Shown piece after piece: positions 51,468-63,915 of a stretch of DNA of 64,000 nucleotides. A model generated the notes under the pieces. That model was not told the origin of the DNA. It worked only from the letters and a program-made list of their open reading frames with translations, and ran no database searches. The translations under genes and the position numbers were made by a program. The DNA lies in the NCBI RefSeq assembly GCF_006345805.1, contig NC_043026.1, positions 14,859,579 through 14,923,578 on the forward strand. The letters run 5' to 3'. The stretch comes from Octopus sinensis (Eukaryota). The stretch's first letter is position 1. The number at the start of each line of letters is the position of its first letter.

Positions 51468-53065
51468 GTGTACCTGGCTTTCATTGACATGGAGACAGCC
51501 TTTGACAGGGTCTACCAATCCCTTATCTGGTGACCAATGCAGAAACTAGGGATAGATGAGAGGTTAGTGAGGGCTGTACAAGCCATGTACAAGGATGCTG
51601 TCAGTAAGGTGAGGGTTGGCAACATGTATAGTTAAGAATTCCAGGTAGGGGTGGGGGTCCACCAAGGATCAGTCCTCAGCTCCCTCTTATTCATCATAGT
51701 CCTCCAGTCACTGATGGTGGAATTCAAGACAGGATGTCCCTGGGAGCTCCTCTATGCTGATAACCTTGCTCTAATTGCTGAATGACTACCTGGACTAGAG
51801 AAGTTTCAGGTGTGGAAGCAAGTTCTAGAATCAAAGGGCCTTAGCGAAAACCAAAGTCTTAATAAATAGGAAGGCAGACAAAACACAAATCCCTTCAGGT
51901 AGATGGCCGTGCTCAATCTGTAGAAAAGGCAAAGGTAGAAACTCCATAAGATGTACCCAGTGTAAGCTATGGACACATAAGAGATGCAGCAATATCAAAG
52001 GAAGGCTAACGGGGAAGATAGTTTTTGTATGTGGCAAGTGCTTAGGTGCTATAAACACTGAAAATGTGCAGAGAACACCTTCTGCCACATTCCAAGGAGA
52101 AAAACTAGAAGTAGTTGATAGCTTCTGTTACCTAGGGGACCAAGTCAGTAGCGGAGGTGGGCATGCTGAATATGTAGCTGCTAGAATAAGAATAGCCTGG
52201 GCAAAGTTCACAGAGCTCCTACCTCTGCTGGTGACAAAGGGCCTCTTGCTCAGTTAGTTAGTTAGTTAGTTAATTTTTTTGGCTCAAAAAGCAAAAAGCA
52301 AGGCCATGTAGGGGTTCATGGAGTTATGTACAGGGTGGTGTTCATGTAAAGAGTTCAGGCCACTTGTGGTCAAGGGAGACTTTGAACCTAGCGGTCATCG
52401 GCATCTTCACCATCTTGTCCGGCAGCTTATTCCACGGACCCGCAATCCGGATGGAGAAAGCCCCTCTCCTTTGATTGAGATGAAATCGTCGCAGATAGAG
52501 CTTTTCGGAATGACCCCACAGCCGACGCTCTGGAGCAGGAGTGAAGAACAGCTCTTTCGAGAGGTTGCACTTTCCGCTTGTGATGTTGTGAGTGAGAATG
52601 AGATCACCATGGCATCGTCGTTTCTCTAGAGAATAAAGATCGAGCGTCTTCAGCCTTTCTTCATAAGACAAATTCTTGAGACCAGCTCAGAGTAAAGGGT
52701 AGACTGTATGACGCATGTGTGTGAATACCTATGCTACATGTCAGTGAAACATGGGCCATGACTGCTGAGGACATGCATAGGCTTGAAAGAAATGAAGCCA
52801 GTATGATCCGATGGATGTGTAATGTCAGTGTGCATACTCGACAGTGTAAGTACCTTGAGAGAAAAGTTGGAATTAAGAAGCATCAGGTGTGGTGTGCAAG
52901 AGAGACGACTGCACAGGTGTGGTCATGTGTTACGTATGGATGAGGACAGCTGTGTGAAAAAGTGTCACAATGTAGCAGTAGGGGGAACTTGTTGAAGAGG
53001 AAGACCCAGGAAGACATGGAGTGAGGTGGCGAAACACGACCTTCGAATGTTGGGCCTCACAGAGG
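51468..53065 (+). mobile_element. Degenerate RTE-clade LINE (RT and 3' region)
   Basis: AFIDMETAFDRV, GVHQGSVLS.LLF, LLYADN, Cys-rich WPCSICRKG...CTQC..WTHKRC, FCYLG, RGRPRKTW. Contains stops and frameshifts. Confidence 0.9.
52254..52684 (-). mobile_element. CR1-like LINE 3' end inserted in the RTE copy
   Basis: SYEERLKTLDLYSLEKRR..GDLI...GH..KL...FS.R....WN.LP, (CTAA)n tail, gctcag TSD at 52248-52253 and 52685-52690. Confidence 0.85.
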
Positions 53066-53861
53066 CATGTAAAAATCACTCACTACACTCTCAGAGTGCT
53101 TGGTATGCTTCGGCAGGTGTTGACAAGCTGCAGGGCCACACCAGGCCCCATTCATCTGTTTTGGCACTACTCCTACAGCTGGATGCCCTTCCTAATGCCA
53201 ACCACTTTACAAAGTGCACTGGGTGTTTTTGACTTGGCCCCAGCGTGGGAACATTTTACATGGTCCTAGCCGAAGCGCTCCATACATAGTGCAAGCACTG
53301 AGGGTCTTTATGTGGTGCTGGCAAGGGCACTCTTCACTTGGCACTGGAACCATTGCCTTCCGAATATAAATTTTGTTGCTCTACCTTCATTATTCTCTCA
53401 CCTTTCTTATTTCATCTGCCGTTACATTCTGAGTTCAAATTCCACCAAGGTTGACTTTGCCTTCCATCCTTTTGGGGGTCGATAAATTAAGTACCTATTT
53501 CTTTATAACCCACAAGGGGCTAAACACAGAGAGGACAAGCAAGGACAGACAAACGGATCAAGTCGATTATATCGACCCCAGTGCGTAACTGGTACTTTAT
53601 TTAATCGACCCCCAAAAGGACGAAAGGCAAAGTCGACCTTGGCGGAATTTGAACTCAGAACGTAACGGCAGTCGAAATACAGCTATGCATTTCGCCGGGC
53701 ATTCTAACGATTCTGCCAGCTCGCCGCCTGATAAATTAAGTACCAGCTGCATACTGAGGTCAATTTAATCAACTGCCCCCCTCCCTCCCCCCAAATTTCA
53801 GGCCTTGTGCCTACAGTAGAAATTATTATTCTCTTACTTTTCTTTCTTTCTCTCTCAATAG

Positions 53862-54042
53862 GTCAGCTGAGAAGACTGTACTGAATCTTGCCTCTAATGA
53901 TCTGCTCTGCAGCTGCTGTCTTCGGAAGCAGTCAGAAGCACCGGTGGAGGAGCTGCTGAAGAAAACATCGGATGCAATTTTGAAAAGACGAGTAAACGAG
54001 ACGAGGGAAGAGATTGGCAAAATTATGAAGAGGGTGGATAAT
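53862..54042 (+). CDS. Coiled-coil gene exon
   Basis: Long polypyrimidine tract plus ag|. SAEKTVLNLASNDLLCSCCLRKQ...IMKRVDN |gtgagt; phase 2-0. Confidence 0.8.
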
Positions 54043-54064
54043 GTGAGTGATGAATGATGGGGTG

Positions 54065-54735
54065 GGGGTCAGTTGTCGTGATGGTAGTGTGTGTGTGTGT
54101 GTGTGTGTAATATTTGATGAAATCAAATTTAGGTGGGAATTACAAAACAAATTAAAACAATAATTGGACCAGATGTGCGTAATGTGCGTGACGAGTAATG
54201 TGAGTGACGAGTAATGTGAGTGACGAGTAATGTGAGTGACAAGTAATGTGAGTAACGAGTAATGGGGTCAGTTGTCGTGGTGGTAGTGTGTGTGTGTGTG
54301 TAATATTTGATGAAATCAAATTTAGGTGGGAATTACAAAACAAATTGTTAAAACAATAATTGGACCAGATGTGCGTAATGTGCATGACGAGTAATGTGAG
54401 TGACGAGTAATGTGAGTGACGTGTTCTGTGAGTGATGAGTGATGAGTAATGGGGGTCACTGGTCGTGATGGTAGTATGTGTGTGTGTGTGTGTAATATTT
54501 GTGACGTGTTCTGTGAGTGACGAGTGACGAGTAATGTGAGTGACGAGTGATGAGTATGTGAGTGATGAGTAATGTGAGTGATGAGTAATGTGAGTGATGA
54601 GTAATGTGAGTGATGAGTAATGGGGTCAGTTGTCGTGATGGTAGTGTGTGTGTGTGTAATATTTGACGAAATCAAATTTAAGTGGGAATTACAAAACAAA
54701 TTGTTAAAATAATAATTGGTCCAGATGAGCATAAT
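54065..54735. repeat. Compound tandem repeat (about 3 copies of a ~120-bp block plus 16-bp gagtaatgtgagtgac units)
   Basis: ggggtcagttgtcgtg..gaaatcaaattta at ~54065, 54264 and 54622. Confidence 0.8.
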
Positions 54736-55428
54736 GTGCAGCAAATTGCATTTCATGCTGCACTTGTAGCAAAATATGCCTCTTGTAAATATGGCGCTGC
54801 AGTCTTTTGTGCAGCATGGGTCGCAGTGGACACAACATTATCTTATCTACAGCAATATTCTTTAACTCTTTTACTTGTTTCAGTCATTTGACTGTGGCCA
54901 AGCTGGAGCACCGCCTTTAGTCGAGCAAATCGACCCCAGGACTTATTCTTTGTAAGCCTAGTACTTATTCTATCAGTCTGTTTTGCCGAACTGCTAAGTC
55001 ACAGGGACATAAACACACCAGCATTTGGCAAAAAAAGAAGAAAAATAATGAAATCAAACAGTCCTCGGTTAATTATGGACGCACGTTTCTGGATTAGAAT
55101 CGTTAGATTCATTTCCTTTATCAACATAATATTCCGGTTGATTTCATTATTTTTCTTCTTTTTTTGCCATATGTGAGTTGCAAATATTGTTGTCTGTGGA
55201 GACATATTTTTGTAGTAAAAAGAAATAGTAGTCCTTTGGCTGCTATTTCTAAAATTTTTCGGTATGTCGTCATGCAACTTGTTGCAAACCCTTATTGTTA
55301 TAATTATATAAGTTTTTACCGAATATGGTCCTTTTTCCATACCGAAATACTACTAGGTGAAATTTGTTGATTTTATTGAATTAATTATCTTCCACCCTAT
55401 ATCTGTAATGATTATACATACATATATA

Positions 55429-55470
<42 letters not shown>

Positions 55471-55829
55471 TTTATTTTAAGCAGCAGAAAATTCAACAAA
55501 ATCTGTTACTCTGAGTTTCTCGTTATATATATATATATATGTATGTATAATCATTACAGATATAGGGTGAAAGATAATTAATTTTGCTTGAAAGAGGTAG
55601 AAACTGATCTGTCCGGGATGTATCGTTAATGGTAAATGTTTTTGATTTTCACTCTCGATAAATTTATCCCTTTTTTGTGTCCCCAGCACTTGGCATCCTT
55701 ATTTAGGAGCCCTTAATTATATTTCTATATGAATAATATTTTTCTATATGAATAATATTTTGTCTAATGACTAATTCGTCCTTTGTGCTGGGCCACTGGT
55801 AGTAATCTATGTTATTACCCTTTTTTGAT

Positions 55830-55885
<56 letters not shown>

Positions 55886-56171
55886 GATTCTTTCAATTTC
55901 TGTCTACCAAATCCACTCACACGGCTTTGGTTTGTCTGAGGCTATAGTTGAAGACACTTGCCAAAGGTGCCACGCAGTGGGACTGAACCCAGAACCATGT
56001 GATTGGGAAGCAAGCTTCTTACCGAACACCCACGCCTGCACCTTGAAATTCTTTGTGAATGTTTGTTGAGGATGTCTTACAATACTGGAAGTAATTTTTC
56101 ATAAATGTCTCAGATTAAAACTGACCAGGGTTAAACAACCACCGTGATGCCGGTTTTCTCTCCATACACAG

Positions 56172-56258
56172 ATCTATGGAGCATATCTGCAGAATCAAAA
56201 GGATGTACAGTGTTTGGAAGATGCTGATGTTCCAAGCTTCAAGTGTATCACAGATATC
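56172..56258 (+). CDS. Coiled-coil gene exon
   Basis: cag| IYGAYLQNQKDVQCLEDADVPSFKCITDI |gtgagt; 87 nt, phase 0-0. Confidence 0.8.
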
Positions 56259-57024
56259 GTGAGTATTTGCTTTATGGTGGTGAATGAAGGAATTTAGTGT
56301 TGGTGATGAAACCTTGCAAAGCTAAGTATATATTTCTATTTAAGATTTTTAAATTTTAAAATTTAAAATATTTTAATAAGTCTTATTGTATAAGTTTGTA
56401 TTCTATATGAACACTGATTGTTATATAATGATTTAGTTATCGAAGTTATGTATATAATTATTAACTCTACGTTTAACTCTAATTTTAACTCTACGTTTAT
56501 TTGTAAGACTTTACTTAGCCAAAGAGATTTATAGATTGTTAATAGTTATACGAGTTTTTTTAAAGTTAGGTTTCATGTCTATACATTTATTGATAGCATA
56601 AATTTTAGTCCTTAATAACTATATTTGTTGATAGTTATTTAGTTAATATTTTAAATATATATATATATCTAATATATATATATATATATTTATAATAAGA
56701 GTAGATCGTATACGAGTGGGTATATATTTGTAAAAAAGAAGTTTGAAAACGCCACTATATTAGATAAATTTTAATTTTCTTATGAATTTTACATGTTTCG
56801 GTTCTTGAAAAAACGAACCTTATCAAATATATTATAAAAAGTGCAATAGAAAAGTTCATAATCATTTCTTACTGTTTATATACATATATATATATATATA
56901 CATACGTATAGATATATGCATGTGTGCGTGTGTATACACACACATGCACACACGCATATGTATGTATAACAAACTTATTGTATCAAGTGCCCCAGATGTA
57001 TATGTATGTATTTTTCTGATACAG

Positions 57025-57069
57025 AAGCAGTTGGAACAAATCCTGAGAGACCAGGTGAAGAAACAACAG
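57025..57069 (+). CDS. Coiled-coil gene exon
   Basis: acag| KQLEQILRDQVKKQQ |gtgaga; 45 nt, phase 0-0. Confidence 0.7.
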
Positions 57070-57426
57070 GTGAGAATTCTATGTTGAAAGCTTATTAAAC
57101 ACCTGCACGTGTGTGTGTGTGTATAGGTATATAATGAAATCGCTAAAAGAAAGTACAGGGATATTGTGGTGATGGGGGTGGAGGAATCTGATGTCTCAGA
57201 GAGAGGCCTTCCTTATAGGAAAAGTTGAAAGGAGAGTGTTAAATGATATGGTTATTGACAATTTGTCTATTTTCAGCATTTTGGGGCATTAGAATTTTTT
57301 TGTTCTGCTCTTGTTTATAAGTTGTTTATAAATTGAACCTTGAAAGGTATTTTTTAATTTGCTGGCCATTGATAAAATTTTTTTAGAATAATTTTATCCT
57401 ATATTAGATAAAAATTTTATATATAT

Positions 57427-57469
<43 letters not shown>

Positions 57470-57476
57470 CTATTTA

Positions 57477-57882
57477 CTCTCTTTTACTCTTTTACTTGTT
57501 TCAGTCATTTGACTGCGGCCATGCTGGAGCACCGCCTTTAATCGAGCAACTCGACCCCGGGACTTATTCTTTTGTAAGCCCGGTACTTATTCTATTGGTC
57601 TCTTTTGCCGAACTGCTAAGTAATGGGGACATAAACACACCAGCATTGGTTGTCAAGCAATGCTAGGGGGACAAACACAGACACACAAACACACACACGC
57701 ATATATATATATACATATATACGACAGGCTTCTTTCAGTTTCCGTCTACCAAATCCACTCACAAGGCTTTGGTCAACCCGAGGCTATAGTAGAAGACACT
57801 TGTCCAAGGTGCCACGCAGTGGGACTGAACCCGGAACCATGTGGTTGGTAAACAAGCTACTTACCACACAGCCACTCCTGCG
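57477..57882 (-). mobile_element. SINE family A, full length
   Basis: Reverse complement of the consensus. Confidence 0.85.
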
Positions 57883-57982
57883 TATATATATATATATATC
57901 CTTAAAAAAAAAAGAAATCCATAAAAATGTTGCAGCCCGAAGGCCACGGCCATGCTGGGGCACCACCGTTGAATGAGCTACA

Positions 57983-58030
<48 letters not shown>

Positions 58031-58065
58031 ACAATGTGCTTTATTCTCTCTCTTCTGTCTCACAG

Positions 58066-58149
58066 TATCAAAAACAAGTAACGGTGTTCCTCGTTGGTTA
58101 TTCCGAATTGTGTAACCAGAAGTATCGACTCCTTGGTGAGCTTCAAGAG
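58066..58149 (+). CDS. Coiled-coil gene exon
   Basis: cacag| YQKQVTVFLVGYSELCNQKYRLLGELQE |gtacgt; 84 nt, phase 0-0. Confidence 0.8.
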
Positions 58150-58329
58150 GTACGTACTACACCTGTCCTTTAACTCTCCCCAACAAAAGTTCAATCTCAA
58201 GGCTGTTCATTCTTCCCCTTATCACCACTAATTGGTCCTCTGGTACTCAGCTGCCACTGCTGCTGCTTCAGGTTTTTGCTTGTTGGGGCTGGGGCCATCG
58301 CAGGTTAGTGGACCCAGAGAGTAAAAATT

Positions 58330-58578
58330 TTTTACTCTTTCCAGGACTCTGACAATTATTGGTACTACTACCACCTTTTTCATCAACCACAACTGTTCAA
58401 CGTCCCAAGCTAACCTGTCATATTTATCGACTTTTCTTTCTTCCTTATCGCATACCTTGTTGTCAGCTGGGCATGATCTATCTATCATCCAGCTTCGTTT
58501 GTTTTCTTTCTCAATTAACACCACATCTCGCTTCCTATTCTCTAATCCATGGTCACGCTGAATCATAAAATCCCATAA
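58330..58578 (-). mobile_element. R4/Dong-like non-LTR retrotransposon restriction-like endonuclease fragment
   Basis: LLWDFMIQRDH....K.DVVLIEK....MID.SCP.D....KE..K.DKY..L......LW.....VVPII resembles an RLE domain. It abuts a (TAA/TAC)n tract. Confidence 0.7.
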
Positions 58579-58788
58579 TAATAATACTAATAATATTACT
58601 ACTACTACTACTACTACTACTACTAATAATAATAATAATAATAATACTAATAATATTACTACTACTACTACTACTACTAATAATAATAATAATAATACTA
58701 ATAATATTACTACTACTACTACTACTACTACTAATAATAATAATAATAATACTAATAATATTACTAATACTACTACTACTACTAATAA

Positions 58789-58826
<38 letters not shown>

Positions 58827-58860
58827 ATAATAATAATAATAATAATAATACTAATAATAT

Positions 58861-58892
<32 letters not shown>

Positions 58893-58959
58893 ATAATAAT
58901 AATAATAATATTACTACTACTACTACTACTAATAATAATAATAATAATAATAATAATAT

Positions 58960-59000
<41 letters not shown>

Positions 59001-59070
59001 TATTACTACTACTACTACTACTACTACTAATAATAATAATAATACTGATGATGATGATGATGATGATGAT
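58576..59070. repeat. (TAA)n/(TAC)n compound microsatellite
   Basis: Visible trinucleotide runs. Confidence 0.95.
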
Positions 59071-59429
59071 GTTCTTTGTTTCATTTTCTTTTATGGATTT
59101 CATTTGTCCCCTACTTTGACTTGTCTCTCCTCGTCTTCGTCCTCCTCGGCAACCAACCAACTCACTCTGACACATCACATGCCTCCCTGCATGGCATTGC
59201 ATTGCACCACCACCAACACTACCATCGCCATCACTGCCACCCACCCCATCATTACCAACACAACCACCACTACTCCTACCCCACCATTCCATCATCAACA
59301 CTACCACCACCACCACCAACACTACCACCCACCCCATCATTACCAACACAACCACCACTACTCCTACCCCACCATTCCGTCATCAACACCACCACCAACA
59401 CCACTACACATCAACATTCCACTCTAAAG

Positions 59430-59740
59430 TTCTTCACCAATCAAAACCAACAAATATGGTCCCCATTGCTAGAGGAGGAGGAAGAGGGGGAGGAGGAAGA
59501 GGATGAGGATGAGGAAGAGGCAGAGTTCGAAGTGGGGGTGGAGGAAGTGGAAGGCAGAGAGAAGGCGGTAGTGAGCTGTGACCTAATCGACAACGTGACC
59601 ATCACCCAAGAGCACCACGTCTCTCTGTCACGGCGCCTGGCTGACATCAAACGGAAAATGGTGAGACATCTTGTGATGCGTGCCGGAGCTTTAAACGATG
59701 CAGCAACCGGTGGTGGTGGTGGTGGTGGCAAGAAGACGAG
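59430..59740 (+). CDS. Coiled-coil gene exon with acidic tract
   Basis: aaag| FFTNQNQQIWSPLLEEEEEG...SRRLADIKRKMVRHL...GGKKT-AG|gtgagt; phase 0-2. The acceptor is weak. Confidence 0.7.
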
Positions 59741-60104
59741 GTGAGTAAGAGGATGGTGTGTGGTGTGCAGTGGGAGGGGTGACAGGACTGGGTGGTATGC
59801 TGGATGGTAGGTATGCTCAGTGGTATTTTGCCCATTGCTACATCCCAAATTGAAATTCTACCAAGGTCAACTTTGCCTTTTGTTCTTTTGGGGTTCGATT
59901 AATTAAGTACCATTTGAACACTAGGGTTGATGTCCCCTCACCCAAAATTTCAGGCCTTGTGCCTTTAGTAGAAAATTATATTATTTTATTATTATTAATA
60001 TTATTATTATTACTATTATTATTATTATTAGTATATTATTATTATTAGTAGTAGTATTCATTATTAGTATTAATATTATTATTATTATTATTATTATCAT
60101 TATT

Positions 60105-60140
<36 letters not shown>

Positions 60141-60921
60141 GAGTGAGAGAGCAGTGCATGCCATCAAAGAAACACTGCGGTACAAATATACGAAGCCCAA
60201 TATACCCATCATGACTACCTGTCTGATAAGGGTACACTAGGCACATGCATCACAACCATATGTGCATGACTTTGTGATCTCATATCAAGACAAACAGCGC
60301 ATGACCTTGCAGGTGGGGCCCAGATAGAATTTTCTTCTGGTCGAGTAGCCCATCCCACTCAAAAGGTCCCTGAATAAGGGTTGTTTAAGGATGTTGAAAG
60401 AAACACCCATGTTTCCAGAGGTGAATAATTAAAACCCCAAAGAATTCCTGTCAACACATGGTTATGATGCTCCCCCACTACTTCTGCTCGTGATCAGAGA
60501 TGTACATATCGTCAGCCACTAAGGGACATGCTCAACTGGTTACGGTCAAACAACTGACAAGCAAATCTGTGGTATTGAGCAGAATATTTGCTGTAGCCCA
60601 TCTTTTATACCAAGACAAAACAATGTACATGATAACACTTCCAATCAGTTAAGATCAGAAGCCATGGGAGCCACTGCCTGGGACTGCATCAGGGCATTTA
60701 TTATCAGTATTATTTTTCTTTATTGCCCACAAGGGGCTAAACATAGAGGGGACAAACAAGGACAAAGGGATTAAGTCGATGGTAGGGTGATAATGATGGA
60801 GTGGGGCACTATCATAGCTGTGGTGATGGGGTGGGTGGTGGTGGTGGTGGTGATGATGACGATGATGTTTGCAGCATATTACTTTATATAAATTCCTCTT
60901 TTCCTTGTCACCAATTTCCAG

Positions 60922-61004
60922 GAACCGAAAGAAAGTTGGAAAGCCTTCCCAGCAAACCAAGGATATTTCATCTCTCCAATACAGAATCAAACAACTGACT
61001 TCTG
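60922..61004 (+). CDS. Coiled-coil gene exon
   Basis: ttccag| NRKKVGKPSQQTKDISSLQYRIKQLTS-G|gtaact; phase 2-1. Confidence 0.75.
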
Positions 61005-61248
61005 GTAACTTCTCTAACTTCCTCTCTCTCTCTCTCTCTCTGTTTACTGTTTTTGCTCCTTTACTAGTTCGAGCCAAAGGGCCGTAGCCCTCCATCTGGG
61101 ACCCCACTACTGATGTTCTCTCTTTACTCTTTTACTTGTTTCAGTCATTTGACTGCAGCCATGCTGGAGCACTGCCTTTAGTCGAGCAACTCAACCCCGG
61201 GACTTATTCTTTTGTAAGCCCAGTACTTATTCTGTCCTATATATTCAT

Positions 61249-61650
61249 AGGAGTGTCTGTGTGGTAAGTAGCTTGCTTACCGAGCACGTGGTTCTGGGTT
61301 CAGTCCCACTGCGTGGCACCTTGGGCAAGTGTCTTCTACTATAGTCTCGGGTTGACCAAAGCCTTGTGAGTGGATTTGGTAGACGGAAACTGAAAGAAGC
61401 CCGTCGCATATATGTATATATATATATATATGTATGTATGTGTGTCTGTGTTTGTCCCCCCAACATTGCTTGACAACCGATGCTGGTGTGTTTACCTCCC
61501 CGTAACTTAGCGGTTCGACAAAAGAGACCAATAGAATAAGTACTAGGCTTACAAAGAATAAGTCCTGGGGTCGATTTGCTTGACTGAAAGGTGGTGCTCC
61601 AGCAGGGCCACAGTCAAATGACTGAAACAAGTAAAAGAGAAAAAGAGTAA
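61249..61650 (+). mobile_element. SINE family A, full length
   Basis: Consensus head and tail. Confidence 0.85.
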
Positions 61651-61660
61651 GATATGTATG

Positions 61661-61695
<35 letters not shown>

Positions 61696-61797
61696 GTCAA
61701 AATGGGGGTGAAAAAATTGGATATTAATTTAATAACACCAATTTAAACACCAGTGGTCTAGCGCATAAAAGACTGAGATTCAGTAAATATTATTAAT

Positions 61798-62029
61798 ACA
61801 CAAATATGAGAGAGAATCCACTATGTGGACGCTCTTACGCTAGAGATAGATCCGCGAAGGGACTCAACCACTAAGAATATATTTTTGTTATTTTTCATTT
61901 GTCCCACTCGCTTATGTTCTTAGTGTGCTAAATTTTTTCTTGAGAACAATTCTTAGTGGTTGAGTCCCTTTGCGGTTCTATCTCTAGCATAAGAGCGTCC
62001 ACATAGTGGATTCTCTCTCATATTTGTGT
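61798..62029. repeat. Inverted repeat with 81-bp arms and 70-bp spacer
   Basis: 61798-61878 versus 61949-62029 are reverse complements with few mismatches. Confidence 0.85.
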
Positions 62030-62031
62030 GT

Positions 62032-62074
<43 letters not shown>

Positions 62075-62103
62075 AACATATACATTTTCTGTTTTTATTA
62101 CAG

Positions 62104-62186
62104 ATCAAGAAATGAAGCAGAGAAACCTGGATGACTTGATGATTCAACTTGAGAACAAGGATATGGAGTGTCAGAGGATTCAGTTG
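62104..62186 (+). CDS. Coiled-coil gene exon (gene continues downstream)
   Basis: ttacag| DQEMKQRNLDDLMIQLENKDMECQRIQL |gtcagt; phase 1-0. Confidence 0.8.
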
Positions 62187-62746
62187 GTCAGTGTCTGTCT
62201 TTCTGTTTGTCTGTCATGTCTATTTTCCATGCTGGCAAGGGTTGGACAGTCCAGCAGGGTACAAGCGTACAATGAGCTAGGGGACATCCTTGTGCTCCAA
62301 AGACAGCTTTGGTGTGGCTTTTACAACTGGATTCTCTTCCTAATGCCAACCACTTTGCAGATTGTATTGGGTGCTTTTTATGTGGCACCAGCATCAGTGA
62401 GGTTGCCAAGTCACTTGCAGGACAAGAAAGGAAAAGGGAAAAAGCCCATTTGACTGAATAGGAGGGAATTTGAGGGAGGGAAAGTGACTTTATGCCTGGT
62501 GCTAAAGTATGAAGGATGGACAGGCATGGTTGTGTAGATATGGAGGTGATACATGGCAACCCCATATTATATAAGGATGGGTCAATGATAGCAGTGATGA
62601 GATCCCAAAAAGGATCCCAAAAAGTGAACATATATGTATGTATATATATATGTATATATATGTATATATATGCCCGAAGTCAGAACGCCATGATAGATCG
62701 TTAGCTCCTACATGCATTTTTTTCTTTCCTTGTTTTTTTCTGTGTA

Positions 62747-62784
62747 TCTTTCTGTCGAAGAGCGTAGGCTCGAAACGTAAAAGA
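62747..62784 (+). ncRNA. Minimal hammerhead-like motif with variant core (CUGUCGA)
   Basis: tcttt-CTGTCGA-a-gagc-gtag-gctc-GAAA-cg-TA-aaaga. Confidence 0.6.
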
Positions 62785-62987
62785 CTTGTTCAATTTCTAT
62801 TCCTGAGCGCCATACTAATACATTTGTTTGTTTGTACTCCACCTGCCTTCGTCTTTTGTTTATTTTATTTTCGTAAACCTTCCCGTTATATATATATGTA
62901 TGTATATATATATATATATATATATATACGTATATATATACATATATATGTATATATATATGTATATATATATATATGTATGTATAT

Positions 62988-63020
<33 letters not shown>

Positions 63021-63261
63021 TATATATACTAAGCAATATAGGATGAAGTCCCTTACTCTACAGCCAAGGAATTCATCAGGAAGCGTGGGCAGTATATTTA
63101 AAAAAAAACCGTTACGGTTGCAATAACATCATATAATTAAGGGCTAAAGAGGGTTATTCTAAAGCCAAATACACTGTTTTATCCACTTATAATCCGCTTG
63201 TTACAGGAAATTGAAACTGAAAACGGGCAACTAACCTTTAGAAAATTTAAATTTCGTTATC

Positions 63262-63321
63262 TCTATATTGATCAATTTCGGACTTAATCATATAAAAAAG
63301 ATATATTCCTTCTTCAGTAGA
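63262..63321 (-). ncRNA. Type I hammerhead ribozyme
   Basis: Minus strand: tcta-CTGAAGA-a-gga..tcc-GAAA-ttgatcaa-TA-taga. Confidence 0.75.
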
Positions 63322-63853
63322 AATTTCGATGGGATATAAATAAAATACTCAACGTATGATCATGGAAAAAGCACAAGCTAAAAACATAACTACACTTGAG
63401 TACATCATTTATATCTAAAAATAAAAATTCTTGGGTCAGCCTCAGAAAACAACGTCCAGACCTTTCGCCGCTACAAATTGTAATGGTTACCAGTCCTCCT
63501 GTAGCAAGCATCGAGTTTACTACTAAGCAATATAGGATGAAGTCCCTTACTCTACAGCCAAGGAATTCATCAGGAAGCGTGGGCAGTATACTGCCCACGC
63601 TTCCTGATGAATTCCTTGGCTGTAGAGTAAGGGACTTCATCCTATATTGCTTAGTAGTAAACTCGATGCTTGCTACAGGAGGACTGGTAACCATTACAAT
63701 TTGTAGCGGCGAAAGGTCTGGACGTTGTTTTCTGAGGCTGACCAAAGAATTTTTATTTTAGATATAAATGATGTACTCAAGTGTAGTTATGTGTTTTAGC
63801 TGTGCTTTTTCCATGATCATACGTGAGTATTTTATTTATATCCCATCGAAATT

Positions 63854-63915
63854 TCTACTGAAGAAGGAATATATCTTTTTTTATATGATTAAGTCCGAAA
63901 TTGATTCAATATAGA
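63854..63915 (+). ncRNA. Type I hammerhead ribozyme (mirror copy)
   Basis: tcta-CTGAAGA-a-gga..tcc-GAAA-ttgattcaa-TA-taga. Confidence 0.7.

Noticed and set aside
56786-56830. Minus-strand ttgataa-ggttc..gaacc-GAAA-catg-TA
   Set aside because: Stems II and III are hammerhead-like but the core reads UUGAUAA; treated as a decayed or uncertain copy.
58228-59358. 376-aa minus-strand ORF
   Set aside because: Mostly microsatellite-derived V/L runs; only the last ~85 aa are a retrotransposon fragment.
63314-63761. Mirror-image ORFs of 143 and 121 aa
   Set aside because: A by-product of the palindrome, with no recognisable protein motif.
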